Below are positions 61,415 through 64,000 of a DNA stretch of 64,000 nucleotides, piece by piece. The notes beneath the pieces were generated by a model. That model had not been told where the DNA came from, searched no databases, and saw nothing but the letters and a program-made list of their open reading frames with translations. Origin of the DNA: a virus (Duplodnaviria > Heunggongvirae > Uroviricota > Caudoviricetes); IMG/VR virus record IMGVR_UViG_3300037467_000966; one strand, written 5' to 3'. Each line of letters opens with the position of its first letter. The stretch's first letter is position 1. Made by a program: the position numbers and the translations under genes.

Positions 61415-63508
61415 CTAGACCGCACATGCGATGCATTCATCAATAGCAAGATTACGTGTACGTGTATAGTACAGTGACTTCAGACCAATCTTTGCAGCGT
61501 AAACATAGTAACGTGAAAGCTCTCTTGTAGAGATGTCTGAATTTACATACAGGATAGTGGAGATACCTTGGTCAACGTGTTCCTGAGCCGCGGCAATCAA
61601 ATCCAATACCTTGAATTGGTCCATATCATAAGCTGACTTGTAGAACCAGAAGTTTGATTCATCCATGAATGGCATTGGGTAGTAAGTTGTAGAGTTCGCA
61701 TAAGTACGTGACTCGATTTGACTTACCACTGGCATTACAGAAGCCGTAGCATTCTGAACATATCCAATACTTTGCGTAGGAGCAACAGCCAAACGGTAAG
61801 CATTGTACATGCCATAACGTCTAACAGCCTGCGCTAGTCCCTTCCACATTAATGGAGTTGGAATCTCAATTCCTTCAAACAACTTCTTCACTTTCTCTGT
61901 CTTAGGAGAGAAGTCAACCACGAAGTATTTAAAGAAGTAAGAACCATTTGCGTAATCAGATTTGTCGAAATCTTTGAATGTTTCCTTGCGGTCTTTCGCA
62001 ATCAACATAGACTTCTCAATGGTGTAATAGTTCATCATCATGAAGAATGTGCGGACAAAGTCTTTCGCTTCTTCTGATTCGAATGGTATCTTATTAGCAG
62101 CAAGATAACCATGTAAGTTCATGGCACCTAATCCAACTGCATGCAATTCTTCGTTTGCTTTCTTAACTGTTGGTGCATTCTTTACGTCAGACATGTCAGA
62201 TACATCCGTCAATGCTTCAATACCAACATGACATGAGTCTTGGAATACACGGCCTGGTTTCATTACATTCGGAATGTTTAATGAGCCAAGGTTACAGTTA
62301 ATGTCACGCTTGATTAAGTCTTCAATACCGTAATCATTGATTTCAGAAGTTTCCTGAAGCTGGAAAATTTCTGTGCAAAGATTAGACATTTTTACTTGAC
62401 CAATATTTTTAAGGGCGTGTTGGTCATTCGCATTGGACTTGTTCATGAAGTACGGATAACCTGACTCAAGCTGAATCTGTGCAATCTTTGTTAACATGTC
62501 GCGGGCAGACATTACCACACGCTTCTTAACGTTTGGATTGGCAACAAGCTCTTCGTACATGTCGTCCATTCTCATATCGTCTAAGTGGATACCGTACTCT
62601 TTGTACACACTGTAAGGAGCGAATACATAAAGGTCTTCATTGCGCTCAGCAAGCTCAAAGAATTTATTCTCCACGATTAAGCCGATAGATAACTTCTGAA
62701 TACGTGATTTCTCATCAGCATTGATTTTCTTTGTATCCAAGAATTCAATAACATCCCAATGGAAAATATTTAAGTAGGCAGCACCTGCGCCTGCACGTTG
62801 GCCTAACTGGTTCACATAAGAGAATGTGTCTTCCATTAACTTCATTACAGGAACAACACCTGATGCAGCGTTCTCGATTCCTTTGATTACTTCATTGCGT
62901 CCACGTAGCTTAGATAAGTTAACGGCAACACCGCCACCAATCTTAGAAAGCTGACCACAAACATTCAACACGAAGTTGATGGAGTTTAATGTATCATCCA
63001 TTTCTAATAGGAAGCATGATACCATCTCTCCTCTTCTGGACTTTCCAGCATTAAGGAACGTCGGCGTAGCTGGCTGGTATCGCTGTTCAATCATTGCAAT
63101 AGCAGTACGCTTAGCTTTATCAAAGTCTCCTTTACCTAGGAATAAAGCCACGATAACAATACGGTCTTCATACTTCTCTAGGTAGAACTTCTTATCATTT
63201 GTCTTCAAGGCATAGTCTTTGTAGAACTTAGAGATAGCCATGTAAGACTGGAACTCAAAATGATAAGATTGAATAAGTGCTGTAATCTCTTCCAGTTGTT
63301 CAACGCTATACTGTTCTAAAACTTCCTTGTAGTAAAAATCCTCTTTAACCATATAAGCAAATCTGTCTGCAACACTGTCGAAACGAATAAGTTTAGGGTC
63401 GATTTCAGATTTAATAAATTCTTTAACCGCCTCTTTATCCTTCTCCAATTTGAAGAAGCCATTATCGTTCAGCTGTGTCACCTCGTTGTTTAATTCTATG
63501 TGTCTCAT
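61415..63508 (-). CDS. nrdE: Class Ib ribonucleotide reductase alpha subunit
   Basis: PATPTFLNAG, VSCFL, SNLCTEI, CNLGS, APTQSI, KSLYY.R, C-terminal CxxC; no intein visible. Confidence 0.97.
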   Translation of the reverse strand: MRHIELNNEVTQLNDNGFFKLEKDKEAVKEFIKSEIDPKLIRFDSVADRFAYMVKEDFYYKEVLEQYSVEQLEEITALIQSYHFEFQSYMAISKFYKDYALKTNDKKFYLEKYEDRIVIVALFLGKGDFDKAKRTAIAMIEQRYQPATPTFLNAGKSRRGEMVSCFLLEMDDTLNSINFVLNVCGQLSKIGGGVAVNLSKLRGRNEVIKGIENAASGVVPVMKLMEDTFSYVNQLGQRAGAGAAYLNIFHWDVIEFLDTKKINADEKSRIQKLSIGLIVENKFFELAERNEDLYVFAPYSVYKEYGIHLDDMRMDDMYEELVANPNVKKRVVMSARDMLTKIAQIQLESGYPYFMNKSNANDQHALKNIGQVKMSNLCTEIFQLQETSEINDYGIEDLIKRDINCNLGSLNIPNVMKPGRVFQDSCHVGIEALTDVSDMSDVKNAPTVKKANEELHAVGLGAMNLHGYLAANKIPFESEEAKDFVRTFFMMMNYYTIEKSMLIAKDRKETFKDFDKSDYANGSYFFKYFVVDFSPKTEKVKKLFEGIEIPTPLMWKGLAQAVRRYGMYNAYRLAVAPTQSIGYVQNATASVMPVVSQIESRTYANSTTYYPMPFMDESNFWFYKSAYDMDQFKVLDLIAAAQEHVDQGISTILYVNSDISTRELSRYYVYAAKIGLKSLYYTRTRNLAIDECIACAV

Positions 63509-63860
63509 AGCGAATATTCTGCACCCTTTCCTTGAATGTCATCACATCTTTTGGCAGCCCGCTCATCTCAAACTTATGGATGATTGGTACTCCATACATA
63601 CTTGATATTTTATCAGCGCTTCTAGCAAACGAGTCACCCCAGTTGCGATTGCCACTAGCAGCGACGCCCTGTAAATAGATGTGATTTGACTCAAGGAATT
63701 TAGCCGTAGATGGCGGAACCATACCAAACCCTGTCGTATATGTAATAAGCACATACGGCTCATCAACTATTAAACTATCAGTGATTTGTTTCGATTCAAC
63801 ATCTAACGCTTCTATAAAGCGACGAACGTTTCCCGTCTTACTGTCAAACACAACCAGCAT
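63462..63860 (-). CDS. nrdI: NrdI flavodoxin
   Basis: FDSKTGNV.RF, TYTTGFG.VP, SGNRNWG..F, KFE.SG; ATG 63860. Confidence 0.95.
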   Translation of the reverse strand: MLVVFDSKTGNVRRFIEALDVESKQITDSLIVDEPYVLITYTTGFGMVPPSTAKFLESNHIYLQGVAASGNRNWGDSFARSADKISSMYGVPIIHKFEMSGLPKDVMTFKERVQNIRYETHRIKQRGDTAER

Positions 63861-64000
63861 CTCTTCCACTCCCATGATTAAGCAGATAAAAAGGAGCAAG
63901 CAAATCGCTCTGCTCACCCCTCTATTTTTAACAAGGGCTACTACATAGTGTTGCTAAGGTAACTACTTCCTCCACATATGGTGTCTAAGAATAATCTAAA

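Noticed and set aside
46891-63508. Introns or inteins in pcrA, thyA, recA, nrdE, nrdF
   Set aside because: All are continuous ORFs of normal length with contiguous motifs.
149-63766. Numerous short antisense/alternate-frame ORFs in the track (e.g. 50967-51461, 29226-29648, 4794-5228)
   Set aside because: They overlap well-supported genes, lack RBSs and have shadow-ORF composition.
1-64000. CRISPR array or cas operon (prompted by two Cas4-like genes)
   Set aside because: No regularly spaced direct repeats seen; no cas1/cas2 or effector genes.

Overview
This window is a 64 kb segment of a large lytic-type dsDNA phage genome infecting a spore-forming Bacillota host (Bacillus-like). The host inference rests on an SPP1-type holin, an alpha/beta SASP, a class Ib NrdHIEF set and sigma-A promoters with GGAGG RBSs. 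It starts at the end of a lysis cassette (endolysin, holin, patatin phospholipase; + strand). It continues through a replication/recombination operon (DnaB helicase, AEP primase, Sak) and a + strand arm (PIN-PhoH, Cas4-like nuclease, PQ-loop transporter, RuvC, sigma factor). A 43 kb - strand arm follows, with many small hypothetical genes, SNF2 and PcrA helicases, DnaG, RecA, SSB, dTTP-pathway enzymes, ribonucleotide reductase, a subtilase and four tRNAs. No CRISPR array, integrase, intron or intein was seen. The most striking unexplained features lie around the tRNA cluster (37.3-39.3 kb): two promoter-driven non-coding RNA candidates displaying anti-Shine-Dalgarno motifs (one with a 12-nt perfect match to the RBS of an Acb2/Tad1-like gene), a 60-nt anticodon-less tRNA mimic and a pseudoknotted RNA. 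Also notable are tail sheath/tube-like domains inside non-structural operons, a shared TTATGAYAT operator regulon, and repeated terminators placed directly before RBSs. All protein family calls are from motif recognition by eye; no database search was run.
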